A DNA stretch of 64,000 bases from Zygnema circumcarinatum SAG 698-1b (lineage: Eukaryota; Plantae; Zygnematophyceae). The position numbers and the translations under genes are program-made. The stretch spans positions 2,074,525 through 2,138,524 of the forward strand of contig CM074816.1 in NCBI GenBank assembly GCA_037447605.1. Direction: 5' to 3'. This document shows positions 18,407 to 30,900 of the stretch, piece after piece; positions within the stretch are counted from its first letter, which is position 1, and every line of letters starts with the position of its first letter. The notes beneath the pieces were generated by a model. It did not search any database and had not been told where the DNA came from. It worked only from the letters and a program-made list of their open reading frames with translations.

Positions 18407-20766
18407 ATGGCGAGAGCCCTGCAGGTGCTCGCGTTTACTATGGCGGCGCTGCTGCTGAGAGGAGTTCAGGGGCACCAGTTTTCCTCTACGGCCGCAGATG
18501 AGAATGTGGCTCGGAGGAGTTTAACCGACTTTTCAGGTGGAGAAGGATCCACCGGTGTTGATCCGCTGAGAGTAGATGCGAGTGGGGGGTGTATCCTGGG
18601 CATGGACAGCCGGTCGCTGGGCGCGCGATCGGAGGAGGAAACGCCGTGGACGTACTTCGAGGAGAGGGGCCGCAATCTGCCGTTTTGGGTCGCCACCAAA
18701 TTCATCAACAAGTGGGTGGAGGGGCCTCTTCCACTTGTTCAAAAAAGATCCAGAATGAAACATTTATTCTGGTTCTCTCACTTTATTTTTCATTCTTGTT
18801 GGTTCTTTATACTGGAAAATCAGCAGGTCTAGTAGAGTGAACCGGTGCTCGAGTAGAGCCAATTTTTTTATTTCTTTTGGGTATTTTGAGTTCCGTCGTG
18901 GGAATGCTGCTTATGCCCTTTCTTTTTCCAGACATTACGCTGAAAAGCACGGTTACAGGTACGTCTTTAAGAGACCAAGTGCCTTTATTGTGCCTAACGG
19001 GAAAGAGGAACCACGCGCAGATGCTTGGTATAAGGTGCAGACTTCTTCAGAAAACGACATGTTGCTATAGATCTAATAGTAAGGAAAATGTTAATTCGGC
19101 TTTTACGAGATCAAAACAGCTCATCATGTACTACCTTTTCATTTATGTAGAAATGTCCTATTTGGCTGTTCAGTGATAAAATCAATTTCTTTTCGCAGAT
19201 AAAGCTCATGAAGGAGCAGCTGCTGTGCTGCTGCCGGTGGATTTTCTTCGTCGACTCGGACGCCTACTTTCGAATGAACAGCCACTCCCTCTCTATTGAA
19301 GAGTGGCTTGGAAAATTGAATGAGTCGGTTAGACGAGAGCTCTCTCTCCCTCCCCCACTCTCGCTCTCGCTTCCCTCTGTTGCACTCTCTCCCCTCTCTC
19401 AAAACCCTAAATTCCCCTTTCTTCCCTCTGTCACTCACTCTCACTCTCGCTCCCCTCTCTTTCTCCCCCCTCTCACTTCTCTCTCACTCTCTCTGCCCCC
19501 CTCCCCTCTCTCGTCTCCTTCCTCTCCCTTTCTTTCTCCTTAAACCCTATTCCCTCCCCCACCTCTATCCCTAATGCTTTAACCTTCATTTCCAACACAA
19601 GCAGAGCATGGCCAATGACCGACTTCTAACCCCAACTGTCTGATTCAGTATTTCCCTTAATTTTTATTCCAGGACTATTTCGCCGAGCTCGAATCCAAGG
19701 GAGTGGACCTTCAGAACCAGATCTGGTATCCAGAGCATCCTCTTCGCCTGCTTGAATCGGACGATTCCGACACAAAGTTGATCGCGTTGATCCCAAGAAA
19801 CAGCGATAATCAGAACGGTTTCTGTAGAGAGGAACTTAACTTTCTTCGGAATTTACCGGCGACCAATTGCCCGGATTTCTTCAATTCTGGAATCATGATG
19901 TTGAGAAATACAACGTTGACTATTGAGGTAAGAGCTGGCTCAACTCTTGCATTTTGCTGAAATTTGAGTTTTCCTGCCAATCATTCTCTCTGAGAATCGT
20001 CTCCTGCCTCACTTTCTCTCTCTCTCTCTCTCCCCCTCCCTCTCACTCTGTGTTCGGCCCCTCCGTCCAAGTATCTCCCTCTCCCTCTCACCCTATTGCT
20101 TGTTCCTACTCGTTTCCTCCCCCTCCATCACGTCTCCTCTCTCTCAATTTTGGCTCTCTCACATTTCCTCTGTCGTCTCTCTCTCCCGTACTTTTCCACT
20201 ATTCTCTATCACTTCATTTTCATCCTCCCTTTCCACTCCCTCCCACTCCCCCCCCTCGCATTCACACCAACTCACTCTCGCCACCTCCCACTCCCCCACA
20301 CTCTCCCATCCCTCCCATTTCCATCCAACTCACACTCCACCTACATTCTCCCACCATTTCCCACCCTCACTAACTCCCTCCCACACCCCCCACACTCTCC
20401 CGTCCCATCTTCTCCCACTCCAACAAACTCCTTCCCACTCCTGCCCACTCTTTCACACTCCCATATCTTCCTCTCCCACTACCGTCCACTCTCTCTCTCT
20501 CTCTCCCGCAGTTCCTGGACGATTGGTACAACGAACAACGTCCCCAGTACCTGCTTTCACATCCGTGGGAGCAGCGCAACCTGAACATGATCTGCAACAA
20601 GTACAGGGACCACATCGTCGCCGTTCCGTACATGGAGGCCACGGGCCCCGAAGGCCGTCAGATCCGCCACGTGTGGGGAGATGTGGGGTCCACCCGGCGC
20701 CACAGCCGCATCCGGGAGGCCGCGCTAGGAGTTGTAGCAGCCATGGCGATGGAGAGCGGCGCCTGA
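18407..20766 (+). CDS. Glycosyltransferase of the GT34 / galactosyltransferase GMA12-MNN10 type, 5 exons, N-terminal signal/anchor
   Basis: Exons ~18407-18716, ~18891-19034 (HYAEKHGYRY...ADAWYK), 19199-19327 (IKLMKEQL...WIFFVDSDAYF, DxD motif), 19673-19927 (FNSGIMMLRN) and 20512-20766 (FLDDWY...HPWEQRNLN...*). The exon 1/2 junction is approximate. Confidence 0.8.
19330..20511. repeat. CT-rich low-complexity intron sequence (19330-19575 and ~20010-20511)
   Basis: Pyrimidine/CA-rich tracts fill introns 3 and 4 of the glycosyltransferase gene. Confidence 0.8.
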
Positions 20767-21094
20767 ATGAAGAATTCATTAAGCGCCGAAATTCCAACTT
20801 TGAAATTTTAGACTCAGAGAAAGTTATTGTTAGTTCATTGGTTGGACATTCGATCATCCAATGATCATTCGATTATCATTCGATGATCATTTGATCATCA
20901 AGTTACGTTTAAGATTGGTAGGAGATGAGAATGTTCGACTTATGTCATGACCTATAAATAGACAACTATCAAAAAAATAATCGAAAGTAAACTTAGAGTG
21001 CGTAACATGGTTAGGGATGGATATTCTAATGCACCCTCGAGCTTTACTATTCAATTTCATTGTTTGAAAACTCAGGCAAAAAGAAAAAGGGGTC

Positions 21095-21177
21095 TTTTAG
21101 GGGTTTTCTAAGGGTTTGTAGGGTTTTTAGGGTATTTAAGGTTTTTAGGGTATTTATGGTGTTTAGGGCTTTTAGAG
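21095..21177 (+). repeat. Degenerate 9-mer telomere-like repeats (TTTTTAGGG variants)
   Basis: TTTTAGGGGTTTTCTAAGGGTTTGTAGGGTTTTTAGGGTATTTAAGGTTTTTAGGG..., with 9-bp periodicity. Confidence 0.75.
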
Positions 21178-21470
21178 GGAGGGAGCCAAAGGCCAAAAGA
21201 GGCAAAAGGCACTTAAGAGACAAAAGAGAAAAGAGAACAAAGACAAAGGGAAGTGGGAGAGGAACCAAAGAAGAAGAGACAAAAAGAGGGAAAAGGAGGG
21301 GAACCAAAAGAAGGAGCAAAAAGAGACAAAAGAGACAAAAGAGAGGAGCCAAAAAGGGAGGGCAAAGAGAAGAGGGGAAAAGAGACAAAGAGAGAGAAAA
21401 AGCAACAACAATATGAGGAAAGAGACAAAGAGAGGGGAAAGAGAGCAAAGAGGAAAGAAAAAGAGGGCAG
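21178..21470. repeat. A/G-rich low-complexity spacer
   Basis: AAGAG/GACAAAAGAG motifs with very few pyrimidines. Confidence 0.7.
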
Positions 21471-21570
21471 CCCGCGTTGCCAGAGCCCGCAGGAAACCCA
21501 CGAGCCCGCGAGGCCAGCCCGCGATCGCCCAGGCCACGATCAAAATCAATGAGCCCACGACCCACTTAAA

Positions 21571-22615
21571 GGGTTTTAGGAGTTTTAGGGTTTTAGGGTT
21601 TTAGGGTTTTACCCAGGGTTTTAGGGTTTTACCCCAAGTTTTTTTACTAAAGTTTTTTTAAAGGGTTTTTAGGGTTTTACTGCAGGGGTTTTAGGGTTTT
21701 ACGGGGTTTTAGGGTTTTCCCAGGGTTTTAGGGTTTTAGGGTTTTAGGGTTTTAGGGTTTTAGGGTTTTTAGGGTTTTTTAGGGTTTTAGGGTTTTAAGT
21801 TTTAGGGTTTTAGGGTTTTCCGGTTTTAGGGTTTTAGGGTTTTGGGGTTTTAGGGGTTTTAGGGTTTTAGGGTTTTAGGGTTTTAGGGTTTTAGGGTTTT
21901 AGGGTTTTTAGGGTTTTAGAGGTTTTAGGGTTTTAGGGTTTTAGGGTTTTCCCAGGGTTTTTAGGGTTTTAGGGTTTTAGGGTTTTAGGGTTTTTAGGGT
22001 TTTCAGGTTTTAGGGGTTTTAGGGTTTTTAGGGTTTTAGGGTTTTTACACTTTAGGGTTTTAGGGTTTTAGGGTTTTGCCACCCCAGGGTTTTAGGGTTT
22101 TAGGGTTTTAGGGTTTTAGAGTTTTAGGGTTTTTAGGGTTTTACTAGGGTTTTTAGGGTTTTAGGGTTTTAGGGTTTTAGGGGACTTTAGGGTTTTAGGG
22201 TTTTTAGGGTTTTAGGGTTTTAAAACTTTAGGGTTTTACAAGCTTTAGGGACTTAGGGTTTTAGGGTTTTAGGGTTTTCCCAGGGTTTTAGGGTTTAGGG
22301 TTTTAGGGTTTTAGGGTTTTAGGGTTTTAGGGTTTTACTACCCCAGGGTTTTAGGGTTTTAGGGTTTTTAGGGTTTTAGGGTTTTAGGGTTTTTAGGGTT
22401 TTTAGGGTTTTGGGGTTTTAGGGTTTTAGGGTTTTAGGGTTTTGGGGTTTTAGGGTTTTAAGTTTTAGGGTTTTAGGGTTTTAGGGTTTTTACAGGGTTT
22501 TTAGGAGTTTTAGGGTTTTTTACTTTAGGGTTTTAGGGTTTTACTAGGGTTTTTAGGGTTTTTACCTTTAGGGTTTTTAGGGTTTTAGGGTTTTAGGGTT
22601 TTAGGGTTTTAGGGT
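21571..22615 (+). repeat. Telomeric array (TTTTAGGG)n, ~1 kb, G-rich strand pointing right, running into an N gap
   Basis: More than 100 TTTTAGGG units with T5 variants and scattered irregular insertions. Confidence 0.95.
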
Positions 22616-22715
22616 NNNNNNNNNNNNNNNNNNNNNNNNNNNNNNNNNNNNNNNNNNNNNNNNNNNNNNNNNNNNNNNNNNNNNNNNNNNNNNNNNNNNN
22701 NNNNNNNNNNNNNNN
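22616..22715. other. Assembly gap (100 N), probably unsized
   Basis: Exactly 100 Ns separate a telomeric array from the middle of an LTR-element internal region. Confidence 0.95.
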
Positions 22716-25392
22716 CTAATCGCGCCTATCATTAGCGGAGGAGCAAAGAAGACCATAAAGCCGGGAGATTGACTCGTGATGACTTCAACCGAGGGGAGAA
22801 ATGAAGACGATGCTATGATAGAGGAGGGGTTGAGCAAATTTTGAAGCTGGAAGCCTAAGACCTTGAAGATCTGAGGGAGCCGTAGCGATCATGGAGATCA
22901 AGAGGCTGCAGGCGAGCGCTTTGGAGGTGCGCGGCCGGTGGCAACGAACCGCGGACGAAGCAGTGTGGAGAATGTCATTATGATGATGGTGCAGTACACT
23001 TCCCTTATTGGTATTCCTCAGAAAGTCACTAAGCTGGAGTGAGGTGTTTTCAGATGCATAAGACGGTGCAAGAGTTACACTCGTTGGAGAAATTGACACG
23101 CAATCAAGGAAGTGTCAAGCAGGGTTTGAAGGACCTTGATAGGGGAAGAGGAACATCTGGTTAGCTGGCTCATTGATGGGGTAAGTGAGCAGAATTAAGA
23201 CCCCAAAGGTGGAGTACAAGAGGAGGTGCCCAGGATGTCGGGTTAGAGGTGGCTTTAAGTGACCAGTCCTTGCGGGCTGGGCTGAGGTCAGTTTAGCTTA
23301 AGAGGGGGTAGTAAAGGTGTTCAGATTCGACCTTGGCAGATGGTGCTGAGGGGAGCTTGTCCATGGGGGACAAAGGTAGTTCATAGTTTGAGGTCCCAGG
23401 ATCGTGTAGAGGAAGTTGTTGGTGAAGGCGGCACTTCATTTGGGTGGAGGCCTACAACAAGTGGCGAGAGTACCACGAGGAGGATTCTAAGGACAGATAT
23501 GAAGGACCTCATGTTTATGAGGGGGTGAGCGGCAATGAAGAAGACGACATTCTGAATGTGTGAGTTGGGAGGAGAAGTTGTGACTTCTCGGGTTTACCTT
23601 GGAGGATGAATTTGGAAGACTTTGGGGAAGTTGAAGGTTCCCAACACATTGTTGACAAGGTGTCAATTGCGCTCAAGGAGGTACTGATGTGCAACGATTG
23701 CACATGCGGAGAGAAGACCATCTTCAGGAGGAGGTGGCCTGGGGGAGATTGCAATGGCTGTTGCATTCACGGTGGAATCAATTCAATGGAATTGATGAGC
23801 AAGCGGCAAGGTATGCTTAAGTGTTGCTTAAGCTTAGGGTGCCATGTTAGTATAGCTTGCAAGGAACTTACGTACCAAGAGGGGGATTGTTGATGTATAG
23901 GGTACATCAAGGTGTTGGTACTTAGTTCCTAGCATGAATGTTGTCCGGGACATCAATGTGGTGGTATAGGGACAATGTCATGTATGAATGGTCATGTTTG
24001 GTGTAGGACCGAACATGGGGGGTGCCCGTATCGATAGGGCATGGTACGGCAGGTCTAGGGAAGGTCTAGGGTCGTAGAATTACGGCTTAGGCTTAGACCG
24101 TACCAAAGGGGGTGCACGGAATGTGCTTGACCGAAAAGGAGCGCGGCCGTACGGACGGCGCGCGACTGTACGGACGACGCGAAACGTATGGACGCGGAGA
24201 TATTTGGCGCGAGAGGCGGATCTGCACGAAGCGACATGATTGGTCGCGCCAGCGTGCAGATAGCGACGCAGTCTTCGGGCGTGACGTGACGCGGAAGTCG
24301 GTTGAGAGATTGGAGATGTCGGCGGCGAATGAGGAGGCGGCACGTGGCATTGCTTGGACCCTTAGTGCGGTCCGCGGCTCTGACGAGGTCAACTGAGAAG
24401 GGGACCGAGTCAGATCTTGACTGGGCGGCTGACATGTACGGCTGGGCGGCGGACGTGTACGGCCGGGCGGCGGAACAGTACGGACGACCTTGCGTAGGTC
24501 GGTGCTGGCGTAGGTTTACGTGAAGTCGTGTAGCTGGCTGTTGAACGCGTAGCTGGCCGTTGAACGGCTTGCTGGCTGTTGAATGCATGCGCTTGCTAGT
24601 GCGCCTGTGACGTGACATCGGGTGTCACGTCACGCCGGCCGCCATAGTTTAAGAGGGAGCAAGCTTGGCTCTCTCACTCACTCACTCTCTCTGAACGTTA
24701 TGCTGCTCGACCGTTGTTGTAAAGGAAGAGTAGGCAGAGGCTGAGGCCTAGGAGGAGTCCGCCTGTGTATGAAGGTCGTGGAAGGAACTAGCTCTCATCA
24801 TGCTGTTTTTAGTAAAGAAGTTAGATGGTGTGTCCCCTCATGTGCTGAGGTAGAGGAGGAGTCTTCATGGAGTGCAAGTAGTTCTTTTGGCTACTGCAGT
24901 TGGGGTGTAGGCTATCTATGAGGAGGATAGGATAGTGTTCATGTGAGGGAGGAGAATCCAGCATAAGGGATCTATGTAGATTTCAAGAGCTTGTATTACA
25001 CCTACATGAAGTTTAAGGAGTTTTAGGCCGTGGGCTTTCTCCTCTTGCCAACTGTACTCTCACGGTTATGTGAGTCCTCGTGCCGGATTGACGTGGTGGA
25101 TGAGTGGAGGCTTACTCATTGTATGGGCGGTGTGTTTGCCCACACGAGAGATCACAAGGAGCTGGAGTTGAGAGCCGGTGACCATGGAGAGATGCCGAAG
25201 AAGTTCACTTGTTGAGGTGGGGTGTTTTAGTTTTCCGCTGTGCGCACCTGGTGAGAGGTGGACGAGAAGGCATATCGTAGCGGAGCGGTATGTGGCCCAA
25301 GGAGAAGCAAAAGAAAAGTTTAGAGCTCTGATACCAAGGCATGTGATGCCCTTCCTTGAGTCTTTCCTTTCTTGCTGCCCCTCACACCAACA
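22716..25392 (+). mobile_element. LTR retroelement D, 5'-truncated by the gap (3' internal region + PPT + 3' LTR 23888-25392)
   Basis: 22716-23887 aligns with 31352-32516. PPT AAGAGGGGGAT is followed by an LTR TGTTGATG...CACCAACA of ~1.5 kb matching the LTRs at 27906 and 32517. Confidence 0.9.
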
Positions 25393-25426
25393 GTACCAAC
25401 ACCTTGATGTACCCTATACATCAACA
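25393..25426 (-). mobile_element. 34-bp terminus of an antisense LTR of the same family, interrupted by element D
   Basis: GTACCAACACCTTGATGTACCCTATACATCAACA is the exact reverse complement of the first 34 nt of the family LTR. Confidence 0.8.
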
Positions 25427-27270
25427 CGTGGCAGTCTGCCATTGGACAGCCCTGCTTCCAATCCTCCATGCTGGTAGGAGGTTCAACGGGGGAAGCGAAA
25501 AGGGGCGGGGGTGACTGTCGTCACCCAACCAACGTACCGGCATACGGTTGCACGCCCATCCCGGGCTGCTCCCCACTCTGAAGCTCTCTCTCTCTCTCTG
25601 AACTCTGAGGGCCGGTTAAGTGCAATTCCGCGCAGGCTGAAGAAGGTAGATTTCAGTCGTTACAGTATCTATGTTTATTTTCATATGTAAAAAGACAAAT
25701 AACCCTAATTTGATTTCTTCAAGGACCCAAATTTCGAGATAACGAAAAAATCAAAACAATCGGTGCTAAGCTCCAGATCTGGCGTTTATTTTCATGTAAA
25801 ATGACAAATAACCGTATTCTTGATTTCCTCGCTGACCCAACTCGAGATAACGGCGATCAAAAAGAGTGGAAATCGCCAAACTTGGAACTGCGATCAAAAA
25901 CAAAGTTCAGATTTCCACTCTCATTCCTCCCACTTTTATAGTTTCTCGTGAAAAGACGTAAGAGTTGTAGAGGTAAACCGGTAGGAAGAATGGTAGGAAG
26001 ACTGTGAGGAAAAGAAAGAAAGAGAGAGAGAGAGAGCTTTTACCATTTTTTTTTCCTCTTTCTTTTCTTCTTAATAATGTTTTTGTTTTTTTCCATTATG
26101 TGAGTGTCGGCGTGTGTGTGGCTATGTCTGTATGTTTGTCTGACTGTGCGCATTCTTTTATCTGAAATAGAAAAAAAAAAAAAACAAAATAATATTACAA
26201 CAGAAGGCCTAATGTTGTAATAATTACATTGTTTTTTTTTTTTTTTTTTTGTTTTTTTTTTTTCTACAAATAAGAAAAAAAAAAAAAAGGAAACAAACTA
26301 CTACACATAGGGCCCTATGTTGTTAAGTTTGTTTTTTTTTTTCGACTGCGGATGATGTTTGTGCGTGTCTCAATTTATGTGTTAGACTAAAAACAAGGGT
26401 TTTATGATTTCTAGACATTTTCTATTTTCAAGATTTTTAGGAATTTTTAGATTTTTAAGGTTTTACATATTTAGGTTATTATTTAGGTTTTTTAGAAATT
26501 TTATAGATATTTTAAGCATTTTTAGCGCTTTTACAGTTTTTTTAATCTTTCAGAATTTTTACAGTTTTTAGTCAGTCCGTTAGCTTGTCAGTTTGTCGGG
26601 AAGTCTGTCAGTCTGTCCGTTAGTCAGTCGTACGTCTGTCCGGACAGTATGTGTGTCCGCCTGGCCGGGCCGCCTCCCGGTCGGGTCGCTCCGCAGTCTC
26701 AGCGAAGGTCGGTTTGTCGGTCGGTTTGGCCGAAGCCAGTTTTAGCGTGTCCGTCCGTCGATCCAGTGGCTAGTCCGCCAGTCCTCTGGACTATAAAGAC
26801 TTTGTCTGTCGGCCAGTCCGCCATTTTAAAAACATCTTACGTGGAATTAACGATAATATAGAAATTGAAAACATCGATAAACATCAAAAATTATTGGCAA
26901 CGTGGCAACACTTGATTGAATAAAATAAGACCCATTTCCTACAAAAAATCAAGAAAACACACAACACCCACGTCGCAATCTCTGACTGGATAACACGTAT
27001 ACCACATTCGGTTCCACAATCCAAAAAAAAAAAAAAAATTTTTAGTTCATAGAATATTAACTTGACGCATGTAACGATGTGTCATTCGTCGCTCGGGTTT
27101 GTGTGTGGTTTTTTTGATTTTTTTTCCCATTTTAGGGCTACGTGGCAACACCCGACTGGATAAAAAACATACCCCATATCCTACAAACGATCCAAAAAAA
27201 CACCACAATACCAACGTGGCAATTTCTAACTGGATAAAAGCATAACTGAATAACGATTCGTTTCAACGCT
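25427..27270. other. Unclassified repeat-rich non-coding segment, contiguous with 35972-36200 once LTR element B is removed
   Basis: Contains internal direct repeats (~25695/25803; ACGTGGCAA-ATACCCCAT units ~26895-27240, also at ~36020-36120), polyA/polyT-flanked hairpins and GTCNG repeats. The same subrepeats occur on both sides of element B. Confidence 0.4.
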
Positions 27271-27706
27271 TGTTGGTGTGAGGGGGCAGAAGGAGAGACC
27301 TAGTGGAAGGATAAAAACAAGCTTTAGTGAAACTCTAAAACTTCTTCCACTTCTACTTAGGCCACATACCGCATCCGCCACAGTATGCCTTCTCTTCCTC
27401 CCCTCACCAGGTGCGCACAGCGGATTGCGCCACCTACAAGAACACTTCTTCATCTCCTCCATGGTCTTGGCTCCTTCAGCTCCACGCTCCTCCAATGGTC
27501 TCCACGTGTGATGCGACACACCGCCCATACAATGGTCGCCTCCACTCATCCATCACTCCAATCCAACACAAGGACTCACATGTGACAAATGACACAAGTA
27601 TAAGGAGAAAGCCCTCGGCCCTAAAACTCCTTAACATTCATAAGTGTAATACAAGCTCTCTTAGGAAATCTACATATAACCTTATGCCCGATTCTCCTCC
27701 TCTCAT

Positions 27707-27716
27707 NNNNNNNNNN
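27707..27716. other. Assembly gap (10 N)
   Basis: Ten Ns between the truncated LTR of element B and an LTR-like fragment. Confidence 0.95.
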
Positions 27717-27905
27717 ACGCGACGTGACATGTGTGTCACGTCACGGACGCCATATTATATAGTGCATAGTTTTATTATGGGAAGTAACCCACCCACACTA
27801 CTTTGTCATAGTCTCGGGTCTTATTCTGTGCCTGCTCGTGCTGCTAGGCTGCCTACACTTGTGTCGTGAGGTAGTGAGTGAGAGGGACCTTGAAGTAGTG
27901 GGAGA

Positions 27906-30900
27906 TGTTGATGTATAGGGTACATCAAGGTGTTGGTACTTAGTTCCTAGCATGAATGTTGTCCGGGACATCAATGTGGTGGTATAGGGACAATGTCATG
28001 TATGAATGGTCATGTTTGGTGTAGGACCGAACATGGGGGGTGCCCGTATCATTAGGGCATGGTACGGCAGGTCTAGGGAAGGTCTAGGGTCGTAGAATTA
28101 CGACTTAGGCTTAGACCGTACCAAAGGGGGTGCACGGAATGTGCTTGACCGAAAAGGAGCGCGGCCGTACGGACGGCGCGCGACTGTACGGACGACGCGA
28201 AACGTATGGACGCGGAGATATTTGGCGCGAGAGGCGGATCTGCACGAAGCGACATGATTGGTCGCGCCAGCGTGCAGATAGCGATGCAGTCTTCGGGCGT
28301 GACATGACGCGGAAGTCGGTTGAAGAGATTGGAGATGTCGGCGGCGAATGAGGAGGCGGCACGTGGCACTGTTTGGACCCTTAGTGCGGTCCGCGGCTCT
28401 GACGAGGTCAACTGAGAAGGGGACCGAGTCAGCACTTGAGCGGGCGGCGGATATGTACGGCTGGGCGGCGGACGTGTACGGCCGGGCGGCGGAACAGTAC
28501 GGACGACCTTGCGTAGGTCGGTGCTGGCGTAGGTTTACGTGAAGTCGTGTAGCTGGCTGTTGAACGCGTAGCTGGCCGTTGAACGGCTTGCTGGCTGTTG
28601 AATGCATGCGCTTGCTAGTGCGCCTGTGACGTGACATCGGGTGTCACGTCACGCCGGCCGCCATAGTTTAAGAGGGAGCAAGCTTGGCTCTCTCACTCAC
28701 TCACTCTCTCTGAATGTTATGCTGCTCGACCGTTGTTGTAAAGGAAGAGTAGGCAGAGGCTGAGGCCTAGAGGAGTCCGGCCTTGTGTATGAAGGTCGTG
28801 AAGGAACTAGCTCTCATCATGCTAAGCTTTAGTGAAGAAGCTAGATGGTGTGTCCCTCATGTGTTGAGGTAGAGGAGGAGTTCATGGAGGCGAGTAGTGC
28901 TTGGCTACTGCAGTTGGGGTGTAGGCTATCTATGAGAGGATAGGATAGTGCTCATGAGAGGAGGAGAATCTAGCATAAGGGATCTATGTAGATTTCCTCA
29001 AGAGCTTGTATTACACTCATGAAGTTTAAGGAGTTTTAGGGCCGTGGGCTTTCTCCTTACTATTGTATCATTCGTCATGTGAGTCCTCGTGTTGGATTAG
29101 CGTGGTGGATGAGTGGAGGCGACCATTGTATGGGCGGTGTGTTGCTCCACACGAGGAGATCATTGGAGGAGCGTGGAGTTGAGGAGCCGAGACCATGGAG
29201 GAGATGAAGAAGTTCACTTGTTGAGGTGGGGAGTTTAGTTTCCGCTGTGCGCACCTGGCAAGAGGTGGACGAGAAGGCATATCGTGGCGGAAGCGGTATG
29301 TGGCCCAAGGAGAAGAAAAAGAAAAGTTTTGAGCTCTGATACCCAGGGCATGTGTTGCCCTTTCCTTGTGTCTTTCCTTTCTTGCTGCCCCTTGCACCAA
29401 CAAGTGGTATCAGAGCTAAGGGTTGAAGTCTTGGAGCATCTAGTGCTTAAGATTCAGTCTTAGAGCTTATGGTTGTAATCCGAAAGAGTACCAAGTGAGA
29501 GTGAGGGTCTTGGAGCATACTAGAGTGGGGGGTTTCAGATCCTTGAGAGTATGAGTTCCAAAGGGATAGATCCTTGACTAGAGAAAGAGCTAAAGGGTAG
29601 TTCTTTGTGGGAGCCTAATGGCTGGCTCAAGGGTACTCAAAAGGATGTAGTTATGGTCAAACTCCTAAATCACGTTGATGGTTTCATTTGTAGCAAGCAA
29701 GTTGCCGAAGACTTAGCTTTGAGGAGCTAGAGTCATGAGAGGATGCGTTGAAGTACTAGTCTTGACAGCTCAAGGGAAGAGTGCGAAAGAAGGCTAGGTT
29801 AACGGCATTGGAAGTGGCGCTGTTTTGAGAGACTCGGCTCAAGGGAGCCAAGGTCCGGCGGCGTGGAGGTGGTGCATCGAGTTGCACACATTCGAGGTGA
29901 CCCAACTCAGCGGAGTTGGAGGAGGCAGCGTGAGAGACGCACAAGCAAGGGTGGCCTAACCCTTTGGAAGCTTGTATACTCGGATATGTCAAAGGCGAAG
30001 TTGCTTCATCGAAGGATTCGAGGGGAGGACTTGACGGCACTTCGAGAAGTGGAGAGGGCTCCAGTGCCATATCGAGATTGCCATGGTATGTGGAGGGGAA
30101 GACCCTTCAAACACGCTCTTGGGGTTAGAGACTAGCTTTTGGAGTTAGAGACTAATGAACTAGTATCTTCACATCGGTTGTGGGAGAGGCTAGGAGAGGT
30201 GTAGGGTGGCAAGGAGTGCCACGTAAGAAGGAAGTAGTTCACTTCAATGCGTTTGGGGTGAAGGAGGCCCAAGATCTAAGATCTAGGGGAGAAAGCTGCC
30301 CAAGGAACCATTGCTTAAATCCTGACTAGTCTGGTGGACAGAGCTAGTGGAATTGATAATCACTAAGATGTTAGTGAAGGACCACTAAGGAGGAGTTTAG
30401 GGAATTCCCCAAGGAGTAGTGGAGGAGATCAATTCGGAGGTAGGAAGGTCGCAACTTTCTACAAGGAGTCTACTTCACGGAGGAGTAGATGTAGCAATGG
30501 AGGAGAATGGATCGAGTCAAGTGGCGTTGACGACCATTCAAGGAGGGGCAAGGCTGAAGTCGGACGAGGAGGATTCCACTCCAAGTTGACTTGAAGAAGA
30601 CGAGAGATTATGGGAAGTCCTTTGGAGATCACATTGCTAACGAACTTGCAGGGCTGATTCTTGTGGAGGGATCATTCGGATCCAAGGAGACGTCAACATG
30701 GAGGCTCAAGTGTGTCCAGACGTGGACCTGATCTATGTTCGAAGAGTTTGCTGGGAGTGCACGCCTAGTTTATTCGGGAACATGGGATAGAGATTTTTTC
30801 GGAGGAGGAGCCAAGTTGTTGATCTCAAGAGGAGGCAAGAGAAGCTGGTGGATCTCGAAGGAGAAGTGGCGTATAGGCGTCTTGGAAGACAAGGTTAAAT

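Noticed and set aside
21047-21604. Lys/Arg-rich and Phe/Leu-rich ORFs
   Set aside because: They are translations of degenerate telomeric and A/G-rich low-complexity DNA.
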